Source: an uncultured Oscillospiraceae bacterium
Lineage (GTDB): Bacteria; Bacillota; Clostridia; Oscillospirales; Acutalibacteraceae
DNA: 62,495 nucleotides
NCBI GenBank assembly: GCA_902474595.1
Contig: CABRWD010000001.1
Span: 1-62,495, forward strand
Direction: 5' to 3'
Positions within the stretch are counted from its first letter, which is position 1; every line of letters starts with the position of its first letter. Below the pieces are notes generated by a model. The model had not been told where the DNA came from. It worked only from the letters and a program-made list of their open reading frames with translations, and searched no databases. The translations under genes and the position numbers were made by a program. Below are positions 46,749 through 55,829 of the stretch, in pieces.

Positions 46749-47667
46749 ACAGATTCTTTATTCCATACAGTCGCCCTACCGCGCTCCTATGGATATAATC
46801 GGCTTTAAATTCGGCGGCGGCGAAAAGGCGATGTGCGTTGTCGGAGCGATGAGGGGCAACGAGGTACAGCAGATGTATGTCTGCTCACAGCTTGTAAAAC
46901 GGCTTAAGGCTCTCGAAAAAAGCGGCGCTATATTAGACGGAAAGGAAATAATGATAATCCCCTGCGTCAACTATTATTCAATGAATATCGGCAAGCGGTT
47001 CTGGACAATGGATAACACCGATATAAACCGTATGTTCCCGGGCTACAACCTCGGCGAAACCACCCAAAGGATAGCCGACGGTCTTTTTGAGGAAATCAAG
47101 GGCTATACCTACGGCGTACAAATGGCAAGCTTTTATCAGCAGGGGGATTTTCTTTCCCATGTCAAAATAATGGAAACGGGCTTTACGGAGCATGGGGTTC
47201 TTTCTGATTTCGGTCTGCCCTACGCTTTTGTACGCACTCCCCGCCCGTATGATACCACAACCCTTAACTACAACTGGCAGGTTTGGGAAACAAAAGCCTT
47301 TTCGCTTTACACCAACGCGACCGATACGATAGACGAGGACTCCGCGAAAACAGCGGTTGACGCGATACTCAGATTTATGAAAAAGCGCGGCATAATAAAG
47401 GCGGAGGTTTTCAGCGGCTATAATACCGAAATAATAAGCGAGGACAGGCTTCTTCAGGTTCATTCTACCGCGGCGGGCATTTATAAAAGCTATGTTAAGA
47501 CGGGCGACGAGGTAAGAAAGGGCGATCTGCTGTGTGAAATAATAGACCCGCTTGAGGGAGTTGTTATCTCAAAGGTTTTGGCACCCGCCGACGGAATTGT
47601 ATTTTTCAGATATAACCGTCCCCTTGAATTTGAAAAAACCGTACTTTACAAAATAATCAGAATATGA
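46741..47667 (+). CDS. AstE-AspA family paralogue with a degenerate metal site
   Basis: MCVVGAMRGNEVQQ has Arg where the paralogue has His, and no DxH-type third ligand is visible (VQMASF). It overlaps the preceding gene by 8 nt. Confidence 0.75.
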   Translation: MRKQILYSIQSPYRAPMDIIGFKFGGGEKAMCVVGAMRGNEVQQMYVCSQLVKRLKALEKSGAILDGKEIMIIPCVNYYSMNIGKRFWTMDNTDINRMFPGYNLGETTQRIADGLFEEIKGYTYGVQMASFYQQGDFLSHVKIMETGFTEHGVLSDFGLPYAFVRTPRPYDTTTLNYNWQVWETKAFSLYTNATDTIDEDSAKTAVDAILRFMKKRGIIKAEVFSGYNTEIISEDRLLQVHSTAAGIYKSYVKTGDEVRKGDLLCEIIDPLEGVVISKVLAPADGIVFFRYNRPLEFEKTVLYKIIRI

Positions 47668-47678
47668 AAAAATAATAC

Positions 47679-47707
47679 TTGACACAGCCCCAAAACGGTG
47701 CTAATAT
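47679..47707 (+). promoter_or_regulatory. sigma-A promoter of the trp leader
   Basis: TTGACA, 17 nt spacer, TAATAT, with a TGc extended -10 element. Confidence 0.5.
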
Positions 47708-47714
47708 TAATATA

Positions 47715-48005
47715 AGTTTAATAGTTTAAACCGTTGAAGCGGAGATAAAGTCGGTTATGCTTCCACAGAGAGTCCGAGGTGCTGTGATTCGGGCGAAAAA
47801 CAGACCGTCAAATGGACCGCTGAGGGTGCGGTCAAATGCGTTTTCGCAGAGTATTCCGCAACGTTAAGGCATACGTTAGTTGTCGGGGATATGCTTGTAT
47901 CCTGCTAAGGCGCGTAGCTTTTTGCTATGAAAACAAGGTGGCACCGCGGATAATCGTTTTATTCGTCCTTGACAGAGGGTAGCTTTCTGTCGGGGGCGTT
48001 TTTTG
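47715..48005 (+). promoter_or_regulatory. T-box riboswitch leader, tryptophan specifier (UGG)
   Basis: AGAGA box cagagagtccgaggtgctgtga, specifier context aaaUGGa at 47813..47815, T-box sequence aacaaggtggcaccgcgg at 47932..47949, and terminator cgtccttgacaga...tctgtcgggggcg plus T-run at 47964..48005. Confidence 0.85.
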
Positions 48006-48055
48006 TTTTGCTCCCCGATGGAAACGGAAACCAAATTTTCAGGAGGTTAAGCAAA

Positions 48056-49522
48056 ATGAAATTTATGCCTGATTTAGAAGAGGTTAAAAGAATCGCGGCG
48101 GAGGGAGAATATAAGGTTCTGCCGGTCAGCTGTGAAATTCTGTCTGACATCTGCACGCCGATCGAGGCGGTGGGAATACTCAAAAACGTATCCGACCATT
48201 GCTATATGCTGGAATCGGTCGCCGAGAGCGAGCGTTGGGGACGGTACACCTTTTTAGGCTTTGAGCCGAAGCTTGAAATTACCTGTCTTGACGGCGAGGT
48301 AAAGGCGGGCGGCGAAAGCTTTTATACCGATAATCCCTCCGATTTTCTGCGGGAAATTTTAAAGGAATGGAAAAGCCCGAGATTTTCCTATCTTCCGTCA
48401 TTTACAGGGGGGCTTGTGGGCTACTTTTCCTACGATTACCTCTGCTACAGCGAGCCTACCGCAAAGGTAAAAACGCAGGACAGCGAAAATTTCAAGGATA
48501 TGGATTTAATGCTATTCGACAAGGTTATCGCCTTTGATAATGTTAAGCAGAAAATCGTGCTTATAGTAAATATGCCCCTTGGCAATCCCGAAAAAGAGTA
48601 CGAAAAGGCGGTAGAGGAGCTTAAAAGACTTGCCTATTTGCTTAGGAACGGGGACAGAAAAAAGGAGGCGGGCGGACGGCTTTTAGGCGAGGTCACACCG
48701 CTTTTTAACAGGGAGCAGTACTGCCGAATGGTCGAAAAGGCAAAGCACCATATAAAGGAGGGTGACATTTTCCAAATAGTCCTTTCCAACCGTTTAAGCG
48801 CGCCCTTTGAGGGAAGTCTTTTAAACACCTACCGAATTCTCCGTACCATAAACCCCTCGCCCTATATGTTCTATTTTTCGGGCACGGATGTCGAGGTTGC
48901 GGGCGCGTCCCCCGAAACCCTTGTAAAGCTTGAGGACGGGGTTTTACACACCTTTCCCCTTGCGGGAACAAGACCGCGGGGAGAAACCGAGGAAGAGGAC
49001 AAAGCGCTCGAAAAGGGACTGCTTGCCGACAAAAAGGAGCTTGCGGAGCATAATATGCTTGTTGACCTTGGAAGAAACGACCTTGGGAAAATAAGCAAAT
49101 TCGGGACGGTAAAGGTCGAAAAGCTCCACAGCATAGAGCGGTATTCCCATGTTATGCACATAGGCTCGACCGTAAGGGGCGAAATCCGCGACGGCTGTGA
49201 CGGGCTTGACGCGGTGGAGGCGGTACTGCCCGCGGGTACCCTTTCGGGCGCGCCGAAATTAAGGGCGTGCCAGCTAATAGGCGAGCTTGAAAACAACAAG
49301 CGCGGAATTTACGGCGGCGCTATCGGATATATTGATTTTACGGGGAACACCGACACCTGTATTGCAATACGCATTGCCTACAAGAAAAACGGCAAGGTAT
49401 TTGTTAGGAGCGGTGCGGGTATTGTTGCCGACTCCGACCCTAATAAGGAATTTGAGGAATGTATAAACAAGGCGAAGGCGGTAGTAAACGCCTTAAGACT
49501 TGCGGGGGAGGAAGATTTATGA
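48056..49522 (+). CDS. trpE: anthranilate synthase component I
   Basis: I prefer the start MKFMPDLEEV after an aggagg RBS; the track start at 47969 lies inside the T-box terminator. The chorismate-binding domain carries GAIGYI and similar motifs. Confidence 0.95.
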   Translation: MKFMPDLEEVKRIAAEGEYKVLPVSCEILSDICTPIEAVGILKNVSDHCYMLESVAESERWGRYTFLGFEPKLEITCLDGEVKAGGESFYTDNPSDFLREILKEWKSPRFSYLPSFTGGLVGYFSYDYLCYSEPTAKVKTQDSENFKDMDLMLFDKVIAFDNVKQKIVLIVNMPLGNPEKEYEKAVEELKRLAYLLRNGDRKKEAGGRLLGEVTPLFNREQYCRMVEKAKHHIKEGDIFQIVLSNRLSAPFEGSLLNTYRILRTINPSPYMFYFSGTDVEVAGASPETLVKLEDGVLHTFPLAGTRPRGETEEEDKALEKGLLADKKELAEHNMLVDLGRNDLGKISKFGTVKVEKLHSIERYSHVMHIGSTVRGEIRDGCDGLDAVEAVLPAGTLSGAPKLRACQLIGELENNKRGIYGGAIGYIDFTGNTDTCIAIRIAYKKNGKVFVRSGAGIVADSDPNKEFEECINKAKAVVNALRLAGEEDL

Positions 49523-50094
49523 TACTGCTTATTGATAATTACGACAGCTTTTCATATAACCTTTATCAGCTGATAGGCGAAATCGAGCCTAATATTAAGG
49601 TTATCCGCAATGATGAAATGACGGTAGAGGAAATAAGTAAGCTCTCCCCCGACCGCATAATTTTGTCCCCCGGTCCCGGCAGACCCGAGGACGCGGGGGT
49701 AATAATAGACTGCGTAAAGGAATTGGGCGGAAGGATACCGATTTTGGGAGTGTGTCTCGGTCATCAGGCTATCTGCGCGGCGTACGGAGCGGAAATCACC
49801 TACGCAAAGGAGCTTATGCACGGTAAGCAGTCTGAAGCCACCCTCGATTTAACCTGTCCCTTGTTTAAGGGCTGTAACGAAAAAACCGAGGTTGCGCGCT
49901 ATCACTCCCTTGCGGCAAATAAGGACACCCTGCCCGACTGTTTAAGAGTGACCGCCGAAACGGCGGACGGCGAGGTAATGGCGGTTATGCATACAGAATA
50001 TCCCGTCTTCGGCGTTCAGTTCCACCCGGAATCGATAATGACGCCGAGCGGCAAAATAATGCTTGAAAATTATATTAAGGAGTGTTCTTTATGA
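49519..50094 (+). CDS. trpG: anthranilate synthase component II (glutamine amidotransferase)
   Basis: [17 protein letters not shown] and GVCLGHQ catalytic Cys. An ATGA overlap links it to trpE. Confidence 0.9.
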   Translation: MILLIDNYDSFSYNLYQLIGEIEPNIKVIRNDEMTVEEISKLSPDRIILSPGPGRPEDAGVIIDCVKELGGRIPILGVCLGHQAICAAYGAEITYAKELMHGKQSEATLDLTCPLFKGCNEKTEVARYHSLAANKDTLPDCLRVTAETADGEVMAVMHTEYPVFGVQFHPESIMTPSGKIMLENYIKECSL

Positions 50095-51119
50095 TTAAGG
50101 AAGCTATTGTAAAGATTGTAAATAAGGGTGATTTAAGCTATGACGAGGCGTACGCCGTAATGAACGAAATTATGAGCGGCGAGACCTCCCCCACCCAGAA
50201 CGCCGCGTTTTTGGCGGCGCTTTCAACAAAAAGCGCGAAAGCCGAAACCATCGATGAGATAGCGGGCTGTGCCGCCGCAATGCGGGAGCACGCGTTAAAG
50301 CTTGATACCGATATGGAGCTTTTCGAGATAGTCGGCACGGGCGGAGACAACGCCCACAGCTTTAATATTTCCACCACCTCCGCCCTTGTCGCGGCGGCAG
50401 GCGGAATGAAGGTCGCAAAGCACGGCAACCGCGCCGCCTCCTCAAAATGCGGCACTGCCGACTGCCTTGAAGCTCTGGGGGTAAACATTGAGCAAAGCCC
50501 CGAAAAGTGCAAGGAGCTTTTGGAAAAGGTAGGAATGTGCTTTTTCTTCGCGCAGAAATACCACACCTCTATGAAATATGTGGGAGCTATAAGGAAAGAG
50601 CTCGGCTTCCGCACCGTTTTCAATATCTTAGGACCGCTTACCAACCCCGGAAGTCCTAAATATCAGCTTTTAGGCGTGTACGATGAGTATTTGGTCGAGC
50701 CGCTCACCAAGGTGCTTATGAGCCTCGGCGTTAAGCGGGGTATGACGGTTTACGGCAAGGATAAGCTGGACGAAATATCTTTAAGCGCACCCACAACCGT
50801 ATGCGAGTTTAAGGACGGCTGGTACAAGACCTATACAATAGCTCCTGAGGATTTCGGTTTAAAGCGTTGTGAAAAAAGCGAGCTTGTGGGCGGCAGTCCG
50901 GAGGAGAACGCCGAGATTACACGGGCGATACTAAGCGGCGAAAAGGGAGCTAAGCGTGACGCGGTGCTTATGAATGCCGGTGCGGCGCTTTACATAGGCG
51001 GCAAGGCGGAGACTATGGCGGAGGGCGTTGCCCTCGCCGGTCAGCTTATTGATTCGGGCGCGGCGCTAAAGGTGCTTGAGGGGCTTATTGAAATCAGTAA
51101 TTCGGGTGAAAAGCAATGA
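50091..51119 (+). CDS. trpD: anthranilate phosphoribosyltransferase
   Basis: [17 protein letters not shown] and [15 protein letters not shown] motifs. An ATGA overlap links it to trpG. Confidence 0.95.
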   Translation: MIKEAIVKIVNKGDLSYDEAYAVMNEIMSGETSPTQNAAFLAALSTKSAKAETIDEIAGCAAAMREHALKLDTDMELFEIVGTGGDNAHSFNISTTSALVAAAGGMKVAKHGNRAASSKCGTADCLEALGVNIEQSPEKCKELLEKVGMCFFFAQKYHTSMKYVGAIRKELGFRTVFNILGPLTNPGSPKYQLLGVYDEYLVEPLTKVLMSLGVKRGMTVYGKDKLDEISLSAPTTVCEFKDGWYKTYTIAPEDFGLKRCEKSELVGGSPEENAEITRAILSGEKGAKRDAVLMNAGAALYIGGKAETMAEGVALAGQLIDSGAALKVLEGLIEISNSGEKQ

Positions 51120-51898
51120 CGGTGCTCGACAGGCTCGCCGACTACGCAAGACAGCGCACAGAGGCGGAAAAAAGGGAATTACCCTTTAATGAATTAAGGC
51201 GTCAGGCGGAACAGCTCCCCAAGAAGGGCTTTGAGTTTGAAAAAGCGCTTAAAAAGGAAGAAATATCTTTCATTTGCGAGTGCAAAAAAGCCTCCCCCTC
51301 AAAGGGGATAATCGCCCCCGATTTTCCTTACTTAGAGATTGCGAGGGACTACGAAAGGGCGGGCGCGGACTGCATTTCGGTGCTTACCGAGCCTAAGTGG
51401 TTTTTAGGGAGCGATGAATATTTAAGCGAAATTTCCGCGAATGTCTCTATCCCCTGTCTTCGCAAGGACTTTACGGTGGACGAATATATGATTTATAAGG
51501 CGCGGCTTTTAGGAGCGTCGGCGGTACTGCTTATCTGCTCAATACTTGACGAAGCGAGAATAAAGGAGTATATTAATATTTGCGATTCGCTTGGGCTTTC
51601 CGCCCTTGTGGAGGCGCACGACGAAAACGAGGTTGTTTCAGCCCAGCGCGCGGGGGCGAGAATAATAGGAGTAAACAACCGTAATTTAAAGGATTTTTCG
51701 GTCGATACCGAAAACAGCGCGCGGCTAAAAAGTCTTGTATCAAATGATGTGCTTTTTGTTTCGGAAAGCGGGGTCAAAACCCGAGCTGATGTAGAAAAGC
51801 TGATAGAGATAGGCGCGGACGCGGTGCTTGTAGGCGAAACCCTTATGCGGGCAAGCGACAAAACCGCCGCGCTTAAAGAATTAAAGGGCTTACTATGA
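51116..51898 (+). CDS. trpC: indole-3-glycerol-phosphate synthase
   Basis: [17 protein letters not shown] and GVNNRNL motifs. Confidence 0.95.
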   Translation: MTVLDRLADYARQRTEAEKRELPFNELRRQAEQLPKKGFEFEKALKKEEISFICECKKASPSKGIIAPDFPYLEIARDYERAGADCISVLTEPKWFLGSDEYLSEISANVSIPCLRKDFTVDEYMIYKARLLGASAVLLICSILDEARIKEYINICDSLGLSALVEAHDENEVVSAQRAGARIIGVNNRNLKDFSVDTENSARLKSLVSNDVLFVSESGVKTRADVEKLIEIGADAVLVGETLMRASDKTAALKELKGLL

Positions 51899-52503
51899 CA
51901 AAGATAAAATTTTGCGGACTTAGAAGGCAAGAGGATATTGATTTTGCTAACCTTATCCTGCCCGAGTACATAGGCTTTGTTTTCGCAAAGAAAAGCAAAC
52001 GGTATGTATCTCCCGAAAAAGCCGCGCTATTAAAGAAAAGGCTTGACGGCAGAATTAATGCTGTCGGGGTCTTTGTAAACGAGGAGCCCCTACAGGTCGC
52101 AGAGCTTTTAAATGGCGGGGTTATCGATATAGCCCAGCTCCACGGCGGCGAAAATGAGGAATATATAAGCGAACTGCGAAAGCTTACCGATAAGCCGATT
52201 ATTAAGGCTTTTAATGTAACAGACGAAAGCGATATTTCTTTAGCGTTAAATAGCTCGGCGGATTTTGTCCTGCTCGATTCTCCCTTGGCGGGAAGCGGAA
52301 CGCGGTTTGACTGGGAGCTGTTAAAAAATTTCGGCAGACCATATTTTTTAGCGGGCGGGCTTAATCCCGACAATGTTTTCGGCGCGGTGCTAAGTCTTCA
52401 CCCTTACGCGGCAGATGTAAGCTCGGGTATAGAAACAGACGGGGTTAAGGATTTTGATAAAATGAAGCGCTTTGCGGCGGTAAGAGAACTGAAAGGAACA
52501 TAA
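51895..52503 (+). CDS. trpF: phosphoribosylanthranilate isomerase
   Basis: MTKIKFCGL...IGFVF...QLHG pattern. An ATGA overlap links it to trpC. Confidence 0.9.
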   Translation: MTKIKFCGLRRQEDIDFANLILPEYIGFVFAKKSKRYVSPEKAALLKKRLDGRINAVGVFVNEEPLQVAELLNGGVIDIAQLHGGENEEYISELRKLTDKPIIKAFNVTDESDISLALNSSADFVLLDSPLAGSGTRFDWELLKNFGRPYFLAGGLNPDNVFGAVLSLHPYAADVSSGIETDGVKDFDKMKRFAAVRELKGT

Positions 52504-52506
52504 AAA

Positions 52507-53697
52507 ATGGCAGATAAAAAGGGACGCTTCGGAATACACGGCGGTCAGTATATTCCCGAAACGCTGATGAACGCGGTTATAGAGCTTGAAGAAGCCTACA
52601 ATCACTTTAAGGACGACCCGCAGTTTAATAAGGAATTAACCGACCTTTTTAACGATTATGCGGGAAGACCCTCAAGGCTTTATTTTGCCCAAAAAATGAC
52701 CGAGGATTTAGGCGGGGCTAAAATTTACCTTAAACGCGAGGATTTAAACCACACGGGCGCGCACAAGATAAACAATGTTTTGGGTCAGGCTCTGCTTGCT
52801 AAAAAAATGGGCAAGACCCGCTTAATCGCCGAAACGGGAGCGGGTCAGCACGGTGTTGCGACCGCCACCGCCGCCGCCCTTATGGGAATGGAGTGCGTGG
52901 TCTTTATGGGGGAGGAGGACACCGTCCGTCAAGCACTTAATGTTTACCGTATGCGGCTTTTAGGCGCGGAGGTTATCCCCGTAAAGAGCGGCACAGCAAC
53001 CCTTAAGGACGCGGTTTCCGAGGCGATGCGGGAATGGACGCGGCGTATTGCAGACACCCACTACTGCTTAGGCTCGGTTATGGGTCCCCACCCGTTTCCG
53101 ACGATAGTGCGCGATTTTCAGGCGGTAATTTCAAAGGAGATAAAAGAACAGCTCCTTGAAAAGGAAGGCAAGCTCCCCGACGCGGTTTTAGCCTGTGTCG
53201 GCGGCGGCTCTAACGCTATCGGAAGCTTTTATCACTTTATAGGCGATCCCTCGGTGCGGCTTATCGGCTGTGAGGCGGCGGGCAGAGGAATCGACACCTT
53301 CGAGACCGCCGCAACCGTAAACACGGGCAGAGTAGGCATTTTCCACGGTATGAAGTCCTATTTCTGTCAGGACGAGTACGGTCAGATAGCACCCGTTTAC
53401 TCAATTTCGGCGGGGCTTGATTATCCGGGCGTAGGCCCCGAGCACGCCTATCTTCACGATACAGGCAGGGCGGAGTATGTTCCCGTCACCGATGACGAGG
53501 CGGTAAACGCCTTTGAATACCTTTCAAAAACCGAGGGAATTATCCCCGCAATAGAATCCTCCCACGCGGTCGCCCATGCTATAAAGCTTGCGCCGACTAT
53601 GGATAAGGACAAGATTATTGTAATTACTATTTCGGGCAGAGGGGACAAGGACTGCGCCGCGATAGCGAGATACAGGGGTGAAAATATCTATGAGTAA
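52507..53697 (+). CDS. trpB: tryptophan synthase beta chain
   Basis: [16 protein letters not shown] (PLP lysine) and GGGSNAIG. Confidence 0.95.
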   Translation: MADKKGRFGIHGGQYIPETLMNAVIELEEAYNHFKDDPQFNKELTDLFNDYAGRPSRLYFAQKMTEDLGGAKIYLKREDLNHTGAHKINNVLGQALLAKKMGKTRLIAETGAGQHGVATATAAALMGMECVVFMGEEDTVRQALNVYRMRLLGAEVIPVKSGTATLKDAVSEAMREWTRRIADTHYCLGSVMGPHPFPTIVRDFQAVISKEIKEQLLEKEGKLPDAVLACVGGGSNAIGSFYHFIGDPSVRLIGCEAAGRGIDTFETAATVNTGRVGIFHGMKSYFCQDEYGQIAPVYSISAGLDYPGVGPEHAYLHDTGRAEYVPVTDDEAVNAFEYLSKTEGIIPAIESSHAVAHAIKLAPTMDKDKIIVITISGRGDKDCAAIARYRGENIYE

Positions 53698-54463
53698 GAT
53701 TAAAAACGCGTTTGAAAACGGCAAGGCGTTTATTCCGTTTGTGACCTGCGGCGACCCGAGCCTTGATACTACCGCCGAGCTCGTAAAGGCAATGGAGACG
53801 GCGGGGGCAGACCTTGTTGAGCTTGGTATTCCCTTTTCCGACCCCACCGCCGAGGGACCGGTTATTCAGGCGGCGAATTTAAGGGCGCTGTCTGGCGGGG
53901 TTACGACCGATAAGATTTTTGATATGGTAAGAAATTTAAGAAAAACGGTTAAAATTCCGCTTGTGTTTATGACCTATGCGAATGTCGTCTTTTCCTACGG
54001 CGCGGACAAATTTATTTCAACCTGTGCCGAAATAGGTGTTGACGGACTTATTCTTCCCGATATTCCGTTCGAGGAAAAGGAGGAGTTTTTACCCGTTTGT
54101 AAAAAATACGGGGTCGATTTAATTTCTATGATAGCCCCCACCTCAAACGATAGAATAGGTATGATAGCAGAGAAAGCCGAGGGCTTTATCTACTGCGTTT
54201 CATCGCTTGGCGTTACAGGCGCAAGGGACTCTATTACCGCCGATATAGGCGAAATGGTGCGCCTTGTAAAGGAAAAAAACGATATCCCCTGCGCGGTGGG
54301 CTTCGGTATTTCAACCCCCGAGCAGGCAAGCAGTATTGCGCAAAAGGCGGACGGGGTTATAGTCGGCTCGGCTATAGTTAAAATGTGCGCCGAGTACGGC
54401 AAGGCTTGCGTTGAGCCTGTCGCGGAATATGTTAAAAAAATGAAGACCGCCGTGAACAGTTAA
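53690..54463 (+). CDS. trpA: tryptophan synthase alpha chain
   Basis: [10 protein letters not shown] and [18 protein letters not shown] prefer the ATG at 53690, which overlaps the trpB stop; the track start is 53678. Confidence 0.95.
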   Translation: MSKIKNAFENGKAFIPFVTCGDPSLDTTAELVKAMETAGADLVELGIPFSDPTAEGPVIQAANLRALSGGVTTDKIFDMVRNLRKTVKIPLVFMTYANVVFSYGADKFISTCAEIGVDGLILPDIPFEEKEEFLPVCKKYGVDLISMIAPTSNDRIGMIAEKAEGFIYCVSSLGVTGARDSITADIGEMVRLVKEKNDIPCAVGFGISTPEQASSIAQKADGVIVGSAIVKMCAEYGKACVEPVAEYVKKMKTAVNS

Positions 54464-54505
54464 TCCTGCGGATAAAATGTATCTTAAATGCAAAATATAA
54501 GGTTG

Positions 54506-54552
54506 GCGTCAATAAAGAGGATCCGATTACGGGTCTTCTTTTTTTTGAATAA
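54506..54552 (+). repeat. direct-repeat copy 2 (47 nt), the intrinsic terminator after trpA
   Basis: gcgtcaataaagaggatccgattacgggtcttcT8gaataa. It is identical to 29748..29793 apart from the T-run length. Confidence 0.9.
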
Positions 54553-54594
54553 TAAAGCTTAATAGGCACAAAATAGTAAAAAAGGAGTGATAAA

Positions 54595-54801
54595 ATGTTT
54601 GATAAAATATGTCTTATACTTGTTATAATCGGCGCTCTAAACTGGGGACTTGTCGGACTTTTTGAGTTTGATCTGGTCGCGTGGGCGTTCGGCGGAGCAA
54701 CCGCTATTATAAGCCGTATTATTTATACCGTAATAGCTCTTGCGGGCATATGGTGCATTTCCCTTCTCTTCAGGGACAGCGGCGCTTCATCGGGCGATTG
54801 A
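54595..54801 (+). CDS. DUF378-family small membrane protein
   Basis: 68 aa. IIGALNWGLVGLFEFDLVA is the characteristic DUF378 motif. The RBS is aaaggag. Confidence 0.8.
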   Translation: MFDKICLILVIIGALNWGLVGLFEFDLVAWAFGGATAIISRIIYTVIALAGIWCISLLFRDSGASSGD

Positions 54802-54821
54802 TTGATTTAACAAGCGGTCTT

Positions 54822-54860
54822 AGAAACCTCCGCTACGGTATTAGACGGAGGTTTCTTTTT
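54822..54860 (+). terminator. Rho-independent terminator
   Basis: agaaacctccg / cggaggtttct stem followed by tttt. Confidence 0.8.
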
Positions 54861-55018
54861 ATATACTCAAAAGTCTTTGCGCCGACATATTAAAGTAATA
54901 TTTTAAATAATATGAAAAGGCATAATTAATAAAAAACAAGGTTGACTTTTAAGGCTTAGGCGAATAAAATAGTAATATAAGGCGTATTTGCGTTTTTTGG
55001 CTTTCGGAGGGATACGGT

Positions 55019-55765
55019 ATGAAAAATAAATTTATCTTGGCGGCTGTATTATCGCTTATTTCGTCGGTATTACTACTTACCGCCTGCAGCCCTGTGGATA
55101 AGAATTACGCCGTTTCAAGCGAAAGCCCCGTTACCTCGGTATCGCCCGTTAAGTCCGCTCCCGATGATGTAAACCGTCCGGACATTATGTCGGACGATAA
55201 AATTATGCCGCAGTTTGTCGATATAAGCGTCTTTGACGAGGAAAACTATTCCGAGGTTTATCTCGGCAAAAAATTCAAGTTCAATGTAACCTACGCGGGT
55301 GATGAATTTACCGTGCCCACCAAGCTTTCGGTGCTTCAAAAAAAGGGCTGGAGACTTGTTGAAACCAGTCAGTACGATGAAGAGTCCCTTGTTTACGCCT
55401 GTGACTTTGTTGAGACGGTTTTGGAAAGGCAAGACGGCACTAAAATAACCGCAACCTTCTATAATTCCTCAAACAGCTCGGTTCGGCTCGAAAAATGCAA
55501 TATAGTTAAATTTAAAATTGAAAACGATTTTTACACAAACGCCGATGCCTTCAACGAATTTAATGTCAACGGAATCAATAATAAAATGGCGATTACCGAT
55601 ATTATCGACACCTTGGGCACGCCCTCGCACTTTTACGGAATAGCGGACAATAGCTATTATCTTGACTATTTTATTTCGGAAAAAGACCGCAGAAACGGCA
55701 TAACGGTTTATATCAACCCGTCCGAGGATACGGTTACCGCAGTTGAATTTTCGTACTATAAGTAA
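55019..55765 (+). CDS. hypothetical lipoprotein
   Basis: Signal peptide with lipobox LLLTAC. No recognisable catalytic motif. Confidence 0.65.
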   Translation: MKNKFILAAVLSLISSVLLLTACSPVDKNYAVSSESPVTSVSPVKSAPDDVNRPDIMSDDKIMPQFVDISVFDEENYSEVYLGKKFKFNVTYAGDEFTVPTKLSVLQKKGWRLVETSQYDEESLVYACDFVETVLERQDGTKITATFYNSSNSSVRLEKCNIVKFKIENDFYTNADAFNEFNVNGINNKMAITDIIDTLGTPSHFYGIADNSYYLDYFISEKDRRNGITVYINPSEDTVTAVEFSYYK

Positions 55766-55829
55766 ATCGACTCCGCCCTCATACAATCAGCTTTGAGGGC
55801 GGATTAATAATTTTTAAGGGAGAATTGCA

